From Utricularia gibba (taxonomy: Eukaryota; Plantae; Magnoliophyta): a stretch of 64,000 nt of DNA. Location of the stretch: contig NEEC01000016.1 in NCBI GenBank assembly GCA_002189035.1, forward strand, positions 806,001-870,000, in the 5' to 3' direction. A model generated the notes under the pieces. That model had not been told where the DNA came from, did not search any database, and saw only the letters and a list, made by a program, of their open reading frames with translations. The position numbers and the translations under genes are program-made. Shown piece after piece: positions 48,208-62,452 of this stretch. How positions within the stretch are numbered: the stretch's first letter is position 1; each line of letters starts with the position of its first letter.

Positions 48208-51200
48208 TCAGACAGCCGAGAGACTGGCCCATTTCCCAAGCTCATAAGGATCACCCAAGTAATACAACTTGATCCTGTTTGCCAGTGACAAACCTGATGC
48301 CCAAGGGTAAGGTCGATGGCCAGAATCGTCTGGTTCCGATGGGTCATCAGAGAATGCATAAATATCCCCCAGCAACCGGAATGTTATGCGGCGTGTTTGT
48401 AGCTCTCTAGGAAAATCGAAGTACATGGGTGTCCCAGGCTTTACTTCTGGTAGACGGTACTCAGCCACAGTAACCATCCCATGGGGTTCCTGCAGGAAAG
48501 ATAGTTACCCTTGATCATGGATAAAATAGAAATTGGTAGAAAAGGGATGACAGAGGACGTTCATGAGCTTAAATTTTCAGCTTCTAGCTCAACATGTAGT
48601 AGGAGGAGGCTGACAAATTTAATACCAACAAATAACAGTGCATTCAAGATTAAGGGTAAGCAGCTTGTTTACGGCTGTCTCCTACTCATTAAAAGTTAAT
48701 TGTGCTACACTGAGGCATGTGTACTTAGGCAATGTATTATTCAGTGTTAAGCATTTGCATAACAAGCATTACCAATAAGAGTACACAAAGATGTATAGGG
48801 GAACCTGTAGAGTAGACACTTGAATATATAGCACGGCAGGAGTTGTGAGCCTCTCCTCTAAGAGACTGTTCACATTCCACACATCAAAACCCGGCAAGGG
48901 AAGATGATTCACCCTGTGCTTAATTGCAGTGAACCCATCTAGGCGAAAACCCGCAACCAAAGGTGAGGCTAACGGCAGAAACTGCTCGAGAACAAGGTCA
49001 TTTTCTATCAATCTTTCCACCTCAATGGGAACCTGAACATTTAGAAGATGTTTACAGTTGTCTATATGAGAAAAAAAAGTGTGGTTTAAGGAACCTCTAA
49101 ATGGATCCAAACATCTGAACACAAAATAGAAGCAACATTTCACCTTGAATCTGCTTCGAAGTGAAGGTCTCTCTAACCAGCGTCTGACATTTACTGAATC
49201 GGAACCTTGTGAAGATGCAGCTATTTCTTTTCTCTCTGCTCTTCCAACCACAATAATTCTTTTGGCATGAATACTTGGGTTCATTTCAAACTCTGCACCA
49301 AAAGAGGCACGTCTTTTGTGTTGCGCAAAGGGATTTTCATCCAACGACAAAAGACAGAGGTCTCTATCCAAGCTGACTGAACTTGATCCAAATCTAGGAA
49401 GGCTCAAATTAATCCAAATGATCCGGCATTGAACTGGGTTTCTGAAAGTAAATTTTACATGCCGAGGTGCTTCATCTTTCAATGACTTCTCTGGTCCAGA
49501 AAGAGCAGGTGAAGATTCTATAAAGGGTTTCATGTCCCATTTTCCTGCACATATCCTTTCTTCCTTGTTCACACTGTTACTCGCCCAAATCTGTACCTAG
49601 TAAAAATGAAGAAAGATGAAAATATAGCTGGTGGTTAACTGGCAAAGGATTTCAACTATCACATAAAAATAACCACTCTAAAAGATTGTACAACATCTAA
49701 TTTTCATATGGCCTGACACACAAAGAAGGCTGTAGAAAAAAGCATGTATAGTGTAGACAAAAAATAAAAAATAAAAGATAGTCAAATTGCATCAATTAAT
49801 ACTGTAGCGACCATGCCAATATAGAAATCTAGAGAAGAACGAGTATTAGGCATTATAGACTCTGGTGCATTTATATATAACCCACAAAGGGCAAACTTAC
49901 TGTAGGAGCATCAGAAGTGGAATAACCACATGAACTAACTACCAGCACAACACCAGAGACACGTGAAACATCAGTGAGGACAATAGCAAATTCCACTGAA
50001 GAGACGCTAGGAGGAGCTCTCCAAAAAGACTCTGACAATCCACAATCTAATGGTGTCAGAAGAGATGCCGAAGGTGCTGAACCTGCTGCAGCCTCAACCT
50101 ATACAACAATATAAATAGATATTCTGAAAGCAATACAGAAAAATATGGTAAACAAAGGTACAACACACTTATAGATATGGAATTGTATCCACACACTGGT
50201 GAAACTAATTCTGGCCATTTTCAAAGTACGTGCTGGATTATGTGAAGTGATTTTAGGAAGTGAATTGGCTTACATTTATTTTCTGAAGCAAATGATAGAA
50301 GAAGTTTAAAGTAAAAAAAAATTAAAAATGGCAGCTGAATTACGGGGTAGAGAAAGCTGGCATATGGGAACTCGGCGAGTGACTGTTCTCCCTCAGTTAG
50401 CTTCTCCAACATGCTAACACTTCCCCCACAGGATTTATGCTTTGCACCAGAAATAAAATTTGTTGAAGTTAATCCAAAAACATCATTCAAAGATTTCTTC
50501 ACAGCATCAGCAACACGGTTAGATCTTCGTTGGTTAATCAGAGCTCGAACATAATCCACATGTAATGCACTTTGGGCAACCTCACTGCAGCATGCTTTAC
50601 AGATTATTGAATCCATACTTATCAACCGATCTGAAGATGCATCACGTATTGATCCCCCTGACTGGCAACACCATTGTAGCTAGGCACATCTTTTGATCTA
50701 CTGATTTCAAGTAGCATAGCCCCCCTTCCTGCTGAGCAAACTTTGCAAACCCTGCTCCCACATATAGAACAGCTGAAAATGGATACAGGACCACAGGAAG
50801 AATCATCAGACGGTACACCATTAGCTACTCCATTTTCAGCACGTACTTGGCATTCACCACCAATACATCTCTCCCCAATGGCACTAACATTCCAAAAATC
50901 AATCAAACTTTCATCAGCTATATTAAGACCAATTGATGCATTGATTTTATCTTCTACTGCAGTATGCCCAAGTAATGCTAGTGTACTTGTCACATTGTAC
51001 AATCTTCTCATATTTGAATCTTCAATCAAGGAATTTGGGTTTAAGCTAGCAGGATCAATGCCAATTGACAAAAGGGCTCTGTCCCTTTCAGCAGCAGAAA
51101 GATTCAATTGAAGACGTTCAATTTCAAGTTTCAAAGCTTCCGTGAAATCAAATCTTCTATCCTGCTCATTTCACAACACATAAGAATAAGTTTATGCACC

Positions 51201-54200
51201 GTGCAAATGACAATTAAAAAAAGAAAACTTGAGGATGGTACAACTAAAACTGGTCCAGAGATTCACAGTTTTATAGACAGAAGCTTCGACACCAAATGTA
51301 ATGGATCAAAGAAAAACAAATTTTCTGTTGCCCTTTAGCAATTAGGTTCCATCAGCCAAATCTATGTCCTTCGGCTTTTGACCCCTAAGAATTCAATTAT
51401 TAAGAACAACTGCGTAGATCAACCAGATAAACGTCTGATGATTCAAAACTTTTATTATCGATACCAGCCAGAAATTTTTTAACATAACCAAAAATCTTGT
51501 TTAACAACAAAAAGAAACATTTTGCATGTTGCCATCTAAGTAGTCTACATAAAAAAAATGCATGATTGAAAAAAGAAAGAAAATGACTTCAAGGAAGCTT
51601 CACCATCTAAAGGAATTTTCATGTCACAGAGTAGATAATGCCAAAATAAAAGAAGAGCAATAATTTATTATAATAGATTAGCATTATGAGAAGTCAAATA
51701 AATAACACTAGCAACAAAAATAATGATATAGAATAAACAAGTAAAAAAAAATCGGTAACATGAAAATCAGCAATAAATGTACCCATTTAGGTCCTGCTAG
51801 AAACTTAAAGATTCTAGTATAGCGTTCAGAATGTTGATTTGATGGTCCCTTGGGCGAAGCAGATGTTGAGTGATCATCCCCATCAGAAATTGGCTGAGTC
51901 ACATCATCTGAAAAGTCGAGTAAGTCGCCCCCCTGGTGTAAACCATACTTGGGTACTGGTACCGAGATGGAGTCTGAATGCCCAAAGTCTCCAGTCAAAA
52001 GGTCGACCAATGAGGAAGATGTTTCGAATTGGCGTGAGACAGGCTCACTATTCACACTATTTCCTGAAGAACATAAATCTATATCTGCTTTAGAAAAAAC
52101 AGACTTGGTTCCTTTTGCATGGTTACTGAAAACATATCTTGCGAATATTTCTTCATTGGAGAAAAAAGACCTCCACGGAAGAGAAGCTCCCAAAATTTCC
52201 ACCTACAGAACAAAATGCAGGTGAGAAATGACACTGCTTTGTAGTTTTCAGCAAGATCATCTTACCTCGCCAATGGTCATTGGGCCTTGTCCAGGCGCTA
52301 ATGGATAGAAGGTTAAAGCTACAACACGAGTAAGGAAGTCAAGTTCTCCCTCCAACTCTTCAAAATCATATAAAATGCAAGGTGCAGAAGATTCCTGAGC
52401 ATGTAGCCGTGCACCAGCCCCAGTCACGGCCATATCCTCCGGAGGGATATGCCCTGTTAACGGAATTGTAATGTTTGTGCCATTTGCACATTGTGGTATG
52501 GAGGCTCCCTGGGGGATAGTTATAATTAACACAATGAGCATGACTTACCACAATGCATTCCACAAGTCCAAACTTGCTTAACTATTTTCAAGCTCATAAA
52601 GAAGAATTTGAAGCCACTAATCTGACTGCTAAGAAAATTACTGTGAATGAACCACACCTCAAGAATTGGTTTTAGGTTATCCAGGTGGCGCCCAACTCTC
52701 ACATCAACTTTTGATGGAAAAGTAGCATCATCGGCACCATGGGAAATGGTAAGAAGAAGTTGACATACGTGGCATGGTTCTCCAAGATAGATTAAGAGTT
52801 CAATCACATCTGCAGCTTGTGAGGAGACCTACACAAGAATAAAGGCAACTAATAGCAAGCAATGCAACATGGCCTCTCCATAATAAGTTCAAAATGCTCT
52901 TTTCAAGCACAATAAAAGAAGGTGCATCCCAAAGCAATCCAAATACCCATATGAGGTCTTTTCTTCTAAAACTGAGAAGGCTAGCTCCACTATCAGAAGA
53001 AGTAAACATGCTTGGAACTGGTTTTAGAAAACATCCATGTGGCCGAGAAGGTACCTGAATCAAGAAAAAACACATGTACAGAAAAAAGCATGGAAGAAAA
53101 AATCAACACAAGCCATTCAACAGAAAAGTATGCGATGTCAAAAGAATATATTACTTATATACAGATACTGTACATTAAGATGAATTTTACACGCCCAAAG
53201 GTTTAGATTAGGTATTCTGGGTAAACTTTACACACAGAACCTCAATCAGATGCAAGAATAAGATTCAACCAGTTTTTCAATCAAAACTCAACTTAGAACA
53301 CAAACATGATGATCACATTCTCATACTTGAAAGTTCATTCATCATTTAAAATTTAGAGGAAAAGCTATGGATATGCTCCAGTTGAGCTTACGTGCTCAGA
53401 CTCCAACTTTCGTAATCAATGCAACAGCACATAACATGAAAGGGAAAGATAATATGATGAAGTATCAATTAAATCGTCAAAGCAGAAAAAAAGCGATGAT
53501 TGGAACATAAAAGTCCTATCATATCAATAGAAGCATGAAATATTATAATATGATTTTCGGAAGATAAAGAATGAAGTTTCAGATATTATGTTCTAAGAGT
53601 TCAGTCATCCTGCATTCTCTGTCAAGATTTGGCACTGAACAAGTGGCATAGTGCATGCTTCACAGCGTGACACAGGAAATTTTATGCTAAGAAAGGTAAA
53701 TTAGGACAGCACTAATAAGAAAATTTAATTAATGATGCATACATTTAGTGGATTCATCAAAATTGAAGGAAAGTGCTTGAAGAGCCTTAACCCCAAAAAG
53801 ATCTCCAGTTGCTTCTGCCGAGAGCTATCTACTATGGCATTCTTATATCTTCTCTGCAGTGTAATTTTGACATTCTGGGCAGCAGAAAACTGTTTGAACT
53901 TCCCGGCATCCTCATTGAAAATACTAAGAATTTGACTGTGCATAGCCTTGGAACCTGTGTATAAGGTTGCATGAATATCACCAGCAACCAAGAAAAGATC
54001 AGCTAATTGAGTCACAGGTGATAAGATAGTTGATCTTTTAAATTCATCAAAGGTCATGTCAAATCTTTTCCAAGGTTTATCTGGGCAAGGATGATTCCAA
54101 GTTGTGGTGCGAGTATTGTGATCAATATAGTACGATTTTCCTGTGACAGCATCAGAGCGTTTCTCCCAGCCAGGAGGCAATGGAGCAACATATCCAGTAT

Positions 54201-57200
54201 AGTTTCCAGGCGAATTATAGCCATACACCAAATCAGTGTCAAAAGATATGCCCAACCTTCTACATTGCTCCATAAAAACCTGGAGCGCACCAAAAAAGCT
54301 AGCTGCATTGGTTCTATCAAGAGAGTCAGCACAGTTGAACCGCAGTACCCCATTTTGATGAGATCTTAAGCAGAAGGCACCATCATAGTCGGTGTATATT
54401 ACTTCCCCCCTGCAGTTTTTAATTCGTTGTTGCGAGGGCAAATGATCGCCCTCAGATATATCAATAGAAACTGTCGGCGCCTTTAGAAGATACCATAGTC
54501 CTTCAATTGTTTGTTGCTCTCCCTTCAGTTTTACACTAGCATGCCAATCATAGTTTATTAAGTGAATACGGGTATAAGGAAGCTTTCCACTTGACCTAAT
54601 ATAGTTTAGAGATTCTTCAAAATGCTCAACTAAAATGGATTCTGATTTTCCTTCTCCATTCCTCAGTAAGTTAACACAAACAATTGGAACTAGAGCACTT
54701 CTTTTTTGTTTCTCATTGTTAGCAACATCCAGATTCCTTGAGTCGTATCTTTGGGACAATCTTTGGTAGTACTGCACACTTCCTCTGTAAGGGTCTCCAT
54801 CAGATACATATATTTCAGCTTCTGCAGCGGTAAGTTTCAACTCAGCACCCCACCAGATAGGAATTGTACCTCTACGCCAAATGTAAGTGTTAAAAGGGAC
54901 ACTTTGACCCGGTCCCTTGGGAACCCAAACAAGCTGTTCACACTCAACCTCGTTTCCTGCAAATTCAATGGTATAACAGCTGTGCAGTGAATAATTCTTT
55001 AAAGCATCTTTAAAGACATCATGAATTTGTGCTGCTGAACCAGCAAGTGTCATGGTAAAGTTGGCATGGAAATAACAGATAAGAGGAGCTCATACAGATA
55101 AAATTTGATTAAGTTTTAGGAAAAAAATATGCAGGTAAACAGATACGTTACTAAAGATGAAATAAACATAGACGGCCAGCAGCAAGGTCACACAAAACGT
55201 TTTCTCATTTTTTAAAAATGTAATAATTAAAAGAGGAGATGAATTGGAAGAACTACCAGTGCTATAACATGAATTTAAGCCCCTTGCTAAGTATCGAGTC
55301 CCAGGATGCAACCGACTACGCCGAGCAGTAATTGCAACAAGCCCCTCCTGCTGTCCAAGACTGCCAAAAGTCTTGCACTCTGAAAAGCCCTGCATAATTT
55401 TTCATAAACAATAATTGATAGTAAAAAAAAAGCATTCAATGAATCTTAAGAAAGTACACAAATAATATTCAGGTGTCTTCTAAGCTAAGGAAAATTTGCT
55501 ACAAGATATCACCAAAGGGGGGAGGGGGTACACTAGTCAGATACATATGCTCTCTCACATGGCATCGTTTTCTCGAAAATTTCAACTTTATTTTCCATAA
55601 TATAGCAGTTTTTTATGTTATTTACTTAGAGAAAAGCACTGTACAACTAGTAAAATATAATTAGAAAATGAATAAGGCCTTTGTCAAAAGCTTCATGAAT
55701 CTCAACTCGTATTAGGTAAAATCCATGGACCATGAGCCATATCACGTAAGATACAAAAAAAACCTACAACATGGAATGTGCTGTGCATCAAGTCTGCAAG
55801 CAGATGAAGGCAGCTCATTTGATTCATTAAAATAAAAAGGAATTGCATATCTAGAGCAGGAAAAGTTCAATAAAAACACTGGTTTTTCATTTCCATGCAT
55901 ATAAAAAGGAGGATAAAGGCATAGCTGCCAAAGAAAGAGCGATACAGATACTAATTTTAAACACCGTGGATTGGAAAATGGTCATGCCAAAAGAAATTAT
56001 ACAGGAAAAAGAAGCTGACCATACTAGGTTATTGTTGATGACAAATCAAATTCCTTAAAAGTCACAAGCATCATGCAACTATCAATAACATATCTTTGTA
56101 TCTTTTATATAAAAATCTGCCAGAAATTAGAAGGGTATATCGAATTTGGCTGAAAGTATCTACTTCCTTTCATTCATACGACCCTAAGTTCAAAAATGAG
56201 CTTTTTCTGCAGGGTGGAATCAGCTATACGCATTAGATTATAATCTTATCAAAAGAAGCTAAAAAATCTGCTAATTAAACAAAAAAAGGACCTGTAGTAA
56301 AATGACGCAATGCTGTGGAAGTCCAATTTTCTGGAAAGGTAATGAGAACCATTTATTCCAAACGAACTCATCATCAGGATTCTTCACTGACATACGACTT
56401 GGAAAAGGCCGTGTTATATCCCTTGTTTCACAGAAGTAATGCTTCCCATCAATGTCAAGCTCTGTAAGTTCTTGAATGTTTTTACTTTCTGACTTACTAA
56501 GAGGCTGTGGATTTTGAAGTGAAACCTTAATCCACTGGCTCTCGGAAACCGTGTAAACACATCCTCCCCCTGGCAGATTAGGTATACTAGCAACCAGCTT
56601 TGTAGCCAGAAGCAATAAACCAAAGCTACCAAGATTTGTGTAGCCTAATATGGCCCGTGCAGGTATTATACTCCTGCATAACAACCTAGAGCCACCGGTG
56701 ATAAAGTCCACTGCTTCATTTTGAGATTTAAAAACATCATAGCCATCCCTTGCAGTGTAGCGAAGAGCTCCAGTTGTTGGATCAATATAGATAACTTGAG
56801 TATCGATCCTAGTTGACAGACTGACAACAATATAAACTTCACTTGAATCCAACGTAATGACAACAACAGATGTGTCTCTCAGAAATTCTGCTGCAATCGG
56901 AATAAAGAACAATTAATATCTAAAAGATTCTAATAAACAATGTCTAAACATGATCACCCCCAAGCAACCAACAGAAGAGGAAAAGATCAAAGAAAGAACA
57001 CACAATGCATTACACCAGGATACTGCACAAAACTTTGGGTATGCATGCACTGATATGAGTGTTCACTCGAGAATTTCAGTTTGCAGCAATAAATGAACAT
57101 CAGAAGATAAACTTCCCAGAGTGAGTGAGTACAAAGGGCTATCACTCAAGAAATGAAGGTCCAAATGGAATAGATATGATTCACAAAAAAAAGGTCTAAA

Positions 57201-57221
57201 TGGCTCACCAGAAGGTTCCAT
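48208..57221 (-). CDS. SAC9: Phosphoinositide phosphatase SAC9 (SAC + WW domain)
   Basis: MEPS| then [22 protein letters not shown]; catalytic [12 protein letters not shown]; WW domain [29 protein letters not shown]; C-terminus [11 protein letters not shown]. Confidence 0.95.
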
Positions 57222-58140
57222 ACTTCAGGAAATCACTTGCACTGAATCTATTGGAAGTGCAAAATTCACAACTTCATGCAGGGAACAGATATTTAGCTTC
57301 TGAAATAAACACATGAAGCATATTAGCAATCACCCCAAGACAAAGCGCATAAAGGAATTCGCACATCCTAATTCAAAACAGAAACACATGGATTCCAAAG
57401 GCCCTCATTTTGATTTTGGGCCCTACCAGGTCAGCACGTTCAAGCAAATTATGAATTACAGAAAGTCGCATTCAACAAGCCATAATCATGATTCCACAAG
57501 CCTTCCCATAGAGAACGAAGCATACCACATTAAAAAAAAAATAACACAAAATTTGAGAACGGATAAAAGGAAGATGTAAAAGAAGCTCCAAATCAGCGAT
57601 TGCATTACTGTAATCGCATCAAAGAAAAGAGCAAAGCTGAGTCGGATCGAAGATACACAGGGGATACCTCCGAACATGATCGCCGCATAGTCCACACGCA
57701 TCATCGTCGCTGATTCCTCCGACGAACGGAAGCATCAACGAGCAAATCCCCATTATTGTTCGCTTCTGGAATTGTTTAGACGAATTCCCAATTTTCACCT
57801 CCCAGTAGATCACCTGTCACTGTCAATTCATTCGGTGTCTTTGCCTAAATTAATCTGATTATGTAATTACTTTGAGTTAATTAATCAATAGATTAACTGA
57901 TTTTAGAAATAATTATGAATTTTTGTATATATAATTAATTTTGAATATTGCTTGCTGAAGTATGAACGCAATTCTAATAATAATTGAAAGGACGAAAATA
58001 CCCTTCGTGGTACGGACCACACAAACCTACGATGGAGATACTCACCCTTCCGTATCGACAAAGGGCTGATCTTCACCACTAAAAACCGTACAATATAACT
58101 TACTGAATCCAAGACGCACAAAGTTAAGCAGAAAGCGAAG

Positions 58141-59752
58141 CTAAAAGCAACCGCCGGGGACAACCACGCCATCCGTGGTACCGTCCGCGTTCGCGGAGAC
58201 GCAAGCGGCGTCGGAGTCTGCCGTGTGCGTGAGGTCAATGTCTCTGAGACTGATGCCGGTGCACCGTTGCGTCTGGCTGCAACTAAACGCTATCGCCGTC
58301 GCGGTCGCCGATGTTCCTGTTATATTGTAGTACGTGATGCCGCTGATTTGGATTCCAGAGCTCTGTTATCAGCAGCACCACGTCGTATCGGATTCCGAAG
58401 ACCTAGTTTGAGGAAATGCTGGGAAATTGGATGAAAACGAAGAAAATACCTACCTGATGGGGGCAGTTTGCGGAGGAATCTGGGCAATAATTTTGATTTA
58501 TCAGGATAGGGTTTTTGACGTTGTTCATGATAATGCCTTGAAACAAGATCCCCCTGGCGAAGCCGTTGCTGGGCCGGGCCCACGTCTTTATCCTGAGCCC
58601 ATTCTGGGTCCCAGTCAAGACCGCGTTCTTCACCGTCACATTCTCAACTCCATCTTCTTCCGTCTTCCACCCCAAGCTCCCTACGCTGCAGCATTCCAAC
58701 ACAAACCCGGTTAACCAATTATTCTCCGGCAGATGTTCCTCTCACGGCGGCGCAGTACCTGATGCCATGGCCGGGGCCGCAGTGTACGTTCTCAATCCAG
58801 AGGTTCCGCGTCCCGGGGCCGACGGAGATGCAGTCGTCTCCGGTTTGTATATTGGAACTCAGGATCAAGATTCCGGTCGAGGCCTGAAGATGAATCCCGT
58901 CGGTGTTGGGGCTCTGCGATGGCGCCACGATGTTCAAGCCCGTCATGGTTACGTTGTTGCATTTGTTGACAGAAATGTGCATCAGCCGGCTGTTTATCGA
59001 CGTCAGCCCGTCGATCACTGCGTCGGTCACCGAGTTCAGCGTTATCGACTGCCATTCACATCATCACCGGCTAAGGCCTTGTAGTTTATACTTATTTTAT
59101 AATTAAAAACTGAAAATGAACTTATTTTCATGTAAGAGTTTGACTTTCAGTACTACCCTCCAACATATTCCTCTCATTTCGAACAGTTGACTTGTGCGTG
59201 AACCAGACGTCTGTCTAAGTTTGTCTCTCCATGGCATTGTTTTATGTTCTATACACTTTATTTTAGTAGTTTTTTTAAAAAAAATTAGGATGAGTTTTTG
59301 CTGAAAATGTGAAATGACGCATTTACCCTTGCTCCGGGAGCACAAGTGTTGCCGGAACTCCTGCAATTCCAGTACGACTGCCCTTGGGCGTCAAAAGTTC
59401 CTCCCACGAGCGAAATTCCTTCCACATCCTTGAAGGAAATCCAGTTCCCCGAATTCCCCAACTCAGCCGGAGCTACGAGAGTTGCATCGATCTTAACTAT
59501 TACACGACTCCTGCATGGGCCTCTGAACTCTACATTTCCGATCAAAAATCTTCCTCCGCCAACCGACATCGTTGCCGCCGCTTTGCTACCGCAGGCCGCC
59601 GCCCACGTCCGCTGGAAAGACTGCGTCGCGTCCGTCTTCCCATCTGCCACCGCCCCGTAACTCCTGACGTCGAAGATCAGGGGCCCATGTGCATTGCCAT
59701 GGTAAGGAAAGAAGAAGAAGAGGAGGAGCAAATTCGACAGTGAGGATATCAT
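58141..59752 (-). CDS. Polygalacturonase (GH28), copy 3
   Basis: Exons 59752-59327, 59048-58759, 58685-58454, 58362-58141. Signal peptide; SPNTDG, GDDC, CGPGHG, RIKT; ends VPGGCF*. Confidence 0.93.
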
Positions 59753-60738
59753 GGCGCATTTGCCCACAAAGGGGGCAAGGAGCTGCCCCTGTTTATATCA
59801 GGAACTAGGAGGATAGCATCCTTTATCGTCAGCTGAGGAAATTAGGGTTTTATCTACGCTATCAATGAAGTTGACAATTTCAGCATCCTTGCGCCTACAG
59901 GCGTGGTTCCGTTTCCTGGAATCGAGATTAGTTTATAGCCGGCGTTCATTAGCGTGCTTTGTTTAATTCTAAATGTAATTAATCACGTCATTACGTGGGG
60001 GGTACTTCACTAATGACATATTAGACCTAGTTGAAATATGGTGACGTGACACACGCCATTTTAAAATCATATATTCATTTTGAGATCATATCTTAAACAC
60101 ACAACCAGATGAAAAAAATAAATCCAATATATTTAAATAATAATATGTATTTTTAAATATTTTAAATATAATTGAAAATGAGTTAAATTAATGAAATATG
60201 AATAAATCTTTTAATATATCATATGTTCCTCATCAAGATCCTGTTGATCACTATCACTGGGTATATAAGTAATTTAATCATCCTATTTTTAGTGTGATAA
60301 AATTGATCATTTTAATTAAAAAATTTTGATTAAATGTATGTGAGAGAATGTTACAGTGACTAATTCAGTAAAAAAATATTACAAATGTCAACAAGCTTTG
60401 AATCCATAGTTTGAGGTATAAACTGGAAGTTAATTAACATTGGGGTGTAGTAGAAGAAGCTTTTTGGAAGCTTTTAAGGCTAACAAGATAGAGTTAGTTA
60501 ATGTAATTGGATTAATGCGATACCATTCTTCTCAAGGTGTTGACGATTCCATGTCATCAACATTTACCCGCACCAATGGCTTGAAAAATGTTACCAAACC
60601 CACGTGGTTGAAAAAAGATGCCTCGATTTGAGGGAAAAAGTATTCTTACAATATTAAGATAATCTATCTATTTAATCACGTTTACTTCCCAATTCTATTA
60701 TTAATGTGAGATATCTTTCAGATTCATAAATTTTAACA

Positions 60739-61089
60739 GAGAAAAATGGTTTTTTCAATCATAATGTTTGGTCTTTTTTCATTTTACAGTCCAACAGTTT
60801 AATTTATGTAAAATTTAGTCAAAAAATTTATCAATAAATTCATTTTATGTAATTACGGTCAAAAACTCATCAAAACTAAATGTCACTTGTAATAATTTCC
60901 TACAATTTTTAATAATTGTGTTGAACCATGCATATGAATATTAGTTATGATTATTAATTTCCATCAAACCAAAATACCAGAAAATGAGTTCATTAGTAAG
61001 TTTTTTGACTAGATTTTGCATAAGTTAAACTATTAGATCGTAAAATGAAAATGTACCAAACATTATGATTAAAAAAAAAGATTTTTCCC
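60739..61089. mobile_element. Mutator-like MITE, 351 bp, with TIRs of about 110 bp and a 9-bp target-site duplication
   Basis: Left GAGAAAAATGGTTTTTTCAATCATAATGTTTGGTC.. mirrors right ..GTACCAAACATTATGATTAAAAAAAAAGATTTTTCCC. Flanks ATTTTAACA (60730-60738) and ATTTTAATA (61090-61098) match 8/9. Confidence 0.85.
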
Positions 61090-62224
61090 ATTTTAATATA
61101 AGAACGTGAACATAATTATTTCTAATAGAAATTGAAACTATGTGCTCATGCCGGGATCGAATGCCCATAAAAGACATCTAAAATTGGCTAACGTGTGTTT
61201 CGTTCACACACTTAGTATGCTTTATCTCGATATTTGAATGATATTTCAAACATGATATAAAAAACGTGATCTACGTATTATCATAATGTTTTAAAATCAG
61301 ATACAATTCATTTGTCAATTTACAATAGATTGACTCAGAGTTTCAACCTCCCAATCCGAACAAAATATATTCCAATTTTAGGGTTAACTGGATGCCATGC
61401 ATGAGTGGTAACAGGATGGCGTACGAGTGGAAGAAATGAACCGGGTTTGTGTTTTGTATTTATTTTCGAATTAAAACATTGTATCTGGATGAGGCGTTAA
61501 TTCAGTTTTAAATACAATATTTAATTATAATAATTGATGATGTCTTAATATATTTTTGTCAAGGCGTTGACATGATGATAACCTCCCTCACGCGCGAGGT
61601 CAAACCTTGACTTCATTCCCTCATCTCCCTGCTCTTTGTAATAACCCTAAGAATATAATGTAATTAAATATTTATATACTTAATTATAAGGTGTATGACA
61701 AGTTATGTGTTTGATATATAAGAATAAAGTTATGAGATGTAACAATTGAAAAGATTATTTGATATCGAATTATTAAGGATTTTTGGAGTTTTTGTTTTCC
61801 AAATCATTAAATATTTAATTTTAAGGGATAATATGATACAAAATTTCATATAACTTCTCATGTTTTTTTGTGATAAAATGTTTTTACTTTTTTGTATTTG
61901 ATAAAAATGTGTATTGAATAAAAAAAAAATCATGGAACAATATTTTAAAATCATGGACTTAATTTAAAATTTCATATGGTTCAGTTCATATTTATGATTA
62001 GATCGGAAAATGAGCTCAATTCGTATAAATAATATTTTTTATTTTAAAATTAAAAATTATTTAATTCATTTCATCTCATTATAAAAGAGATTTAATCCAA
62101 ATTAATAATTAAATAAAAAATGAATTAAATTCATTTTTTAAAACATTAATAATAAATAACAAATATTTAAAAGAAACTTTAGAAAAGGGATTTTTTTTTT
62201 TTTTTTTTGCGAGATTGGGAATTC

Positions 62225-62233
62225 AAACCCTAA
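62225..62233 (+). promoter_or_regulatory. Telo-box upstream of VPS20
   Basis: AAACCCTAA immediately after a poly-T tract, at the probable transcription start. Confidence 0.5.
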
Positions 62234-62452
62234 TTCCATCTTTAACGGACAGAACGATTGCATCGCTCCGAAGCGATGGTGAGATTGAGGTAGTGGGATG
62301 ATGTTAGTGTGAATAATTGTGGGCTGTATGTGCTTGAGAGGTGAAGGGGAAAGCTTTGTGTGTGGTCTTTCTTCTGCCTTTCATCACTGTATTCTAGTTT
62401 GCTTGTATATTTGAAGTTTAATTCTTTCTGGGGGAGGAGGGCTTAGGAAATC

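Noticed and set aside
57660-57667. GTATCCCT donor in the SAC9 5'UTR as a second U12 intron
   Set aside because: It deviates from GTATCCTT and no U12 branch site was found near the acceptor.
61565-61630. tRNA-derived SINE-like or snoRNA-like segment
   Set aside because: No clear A/B boxes, tail, TSD or D box.
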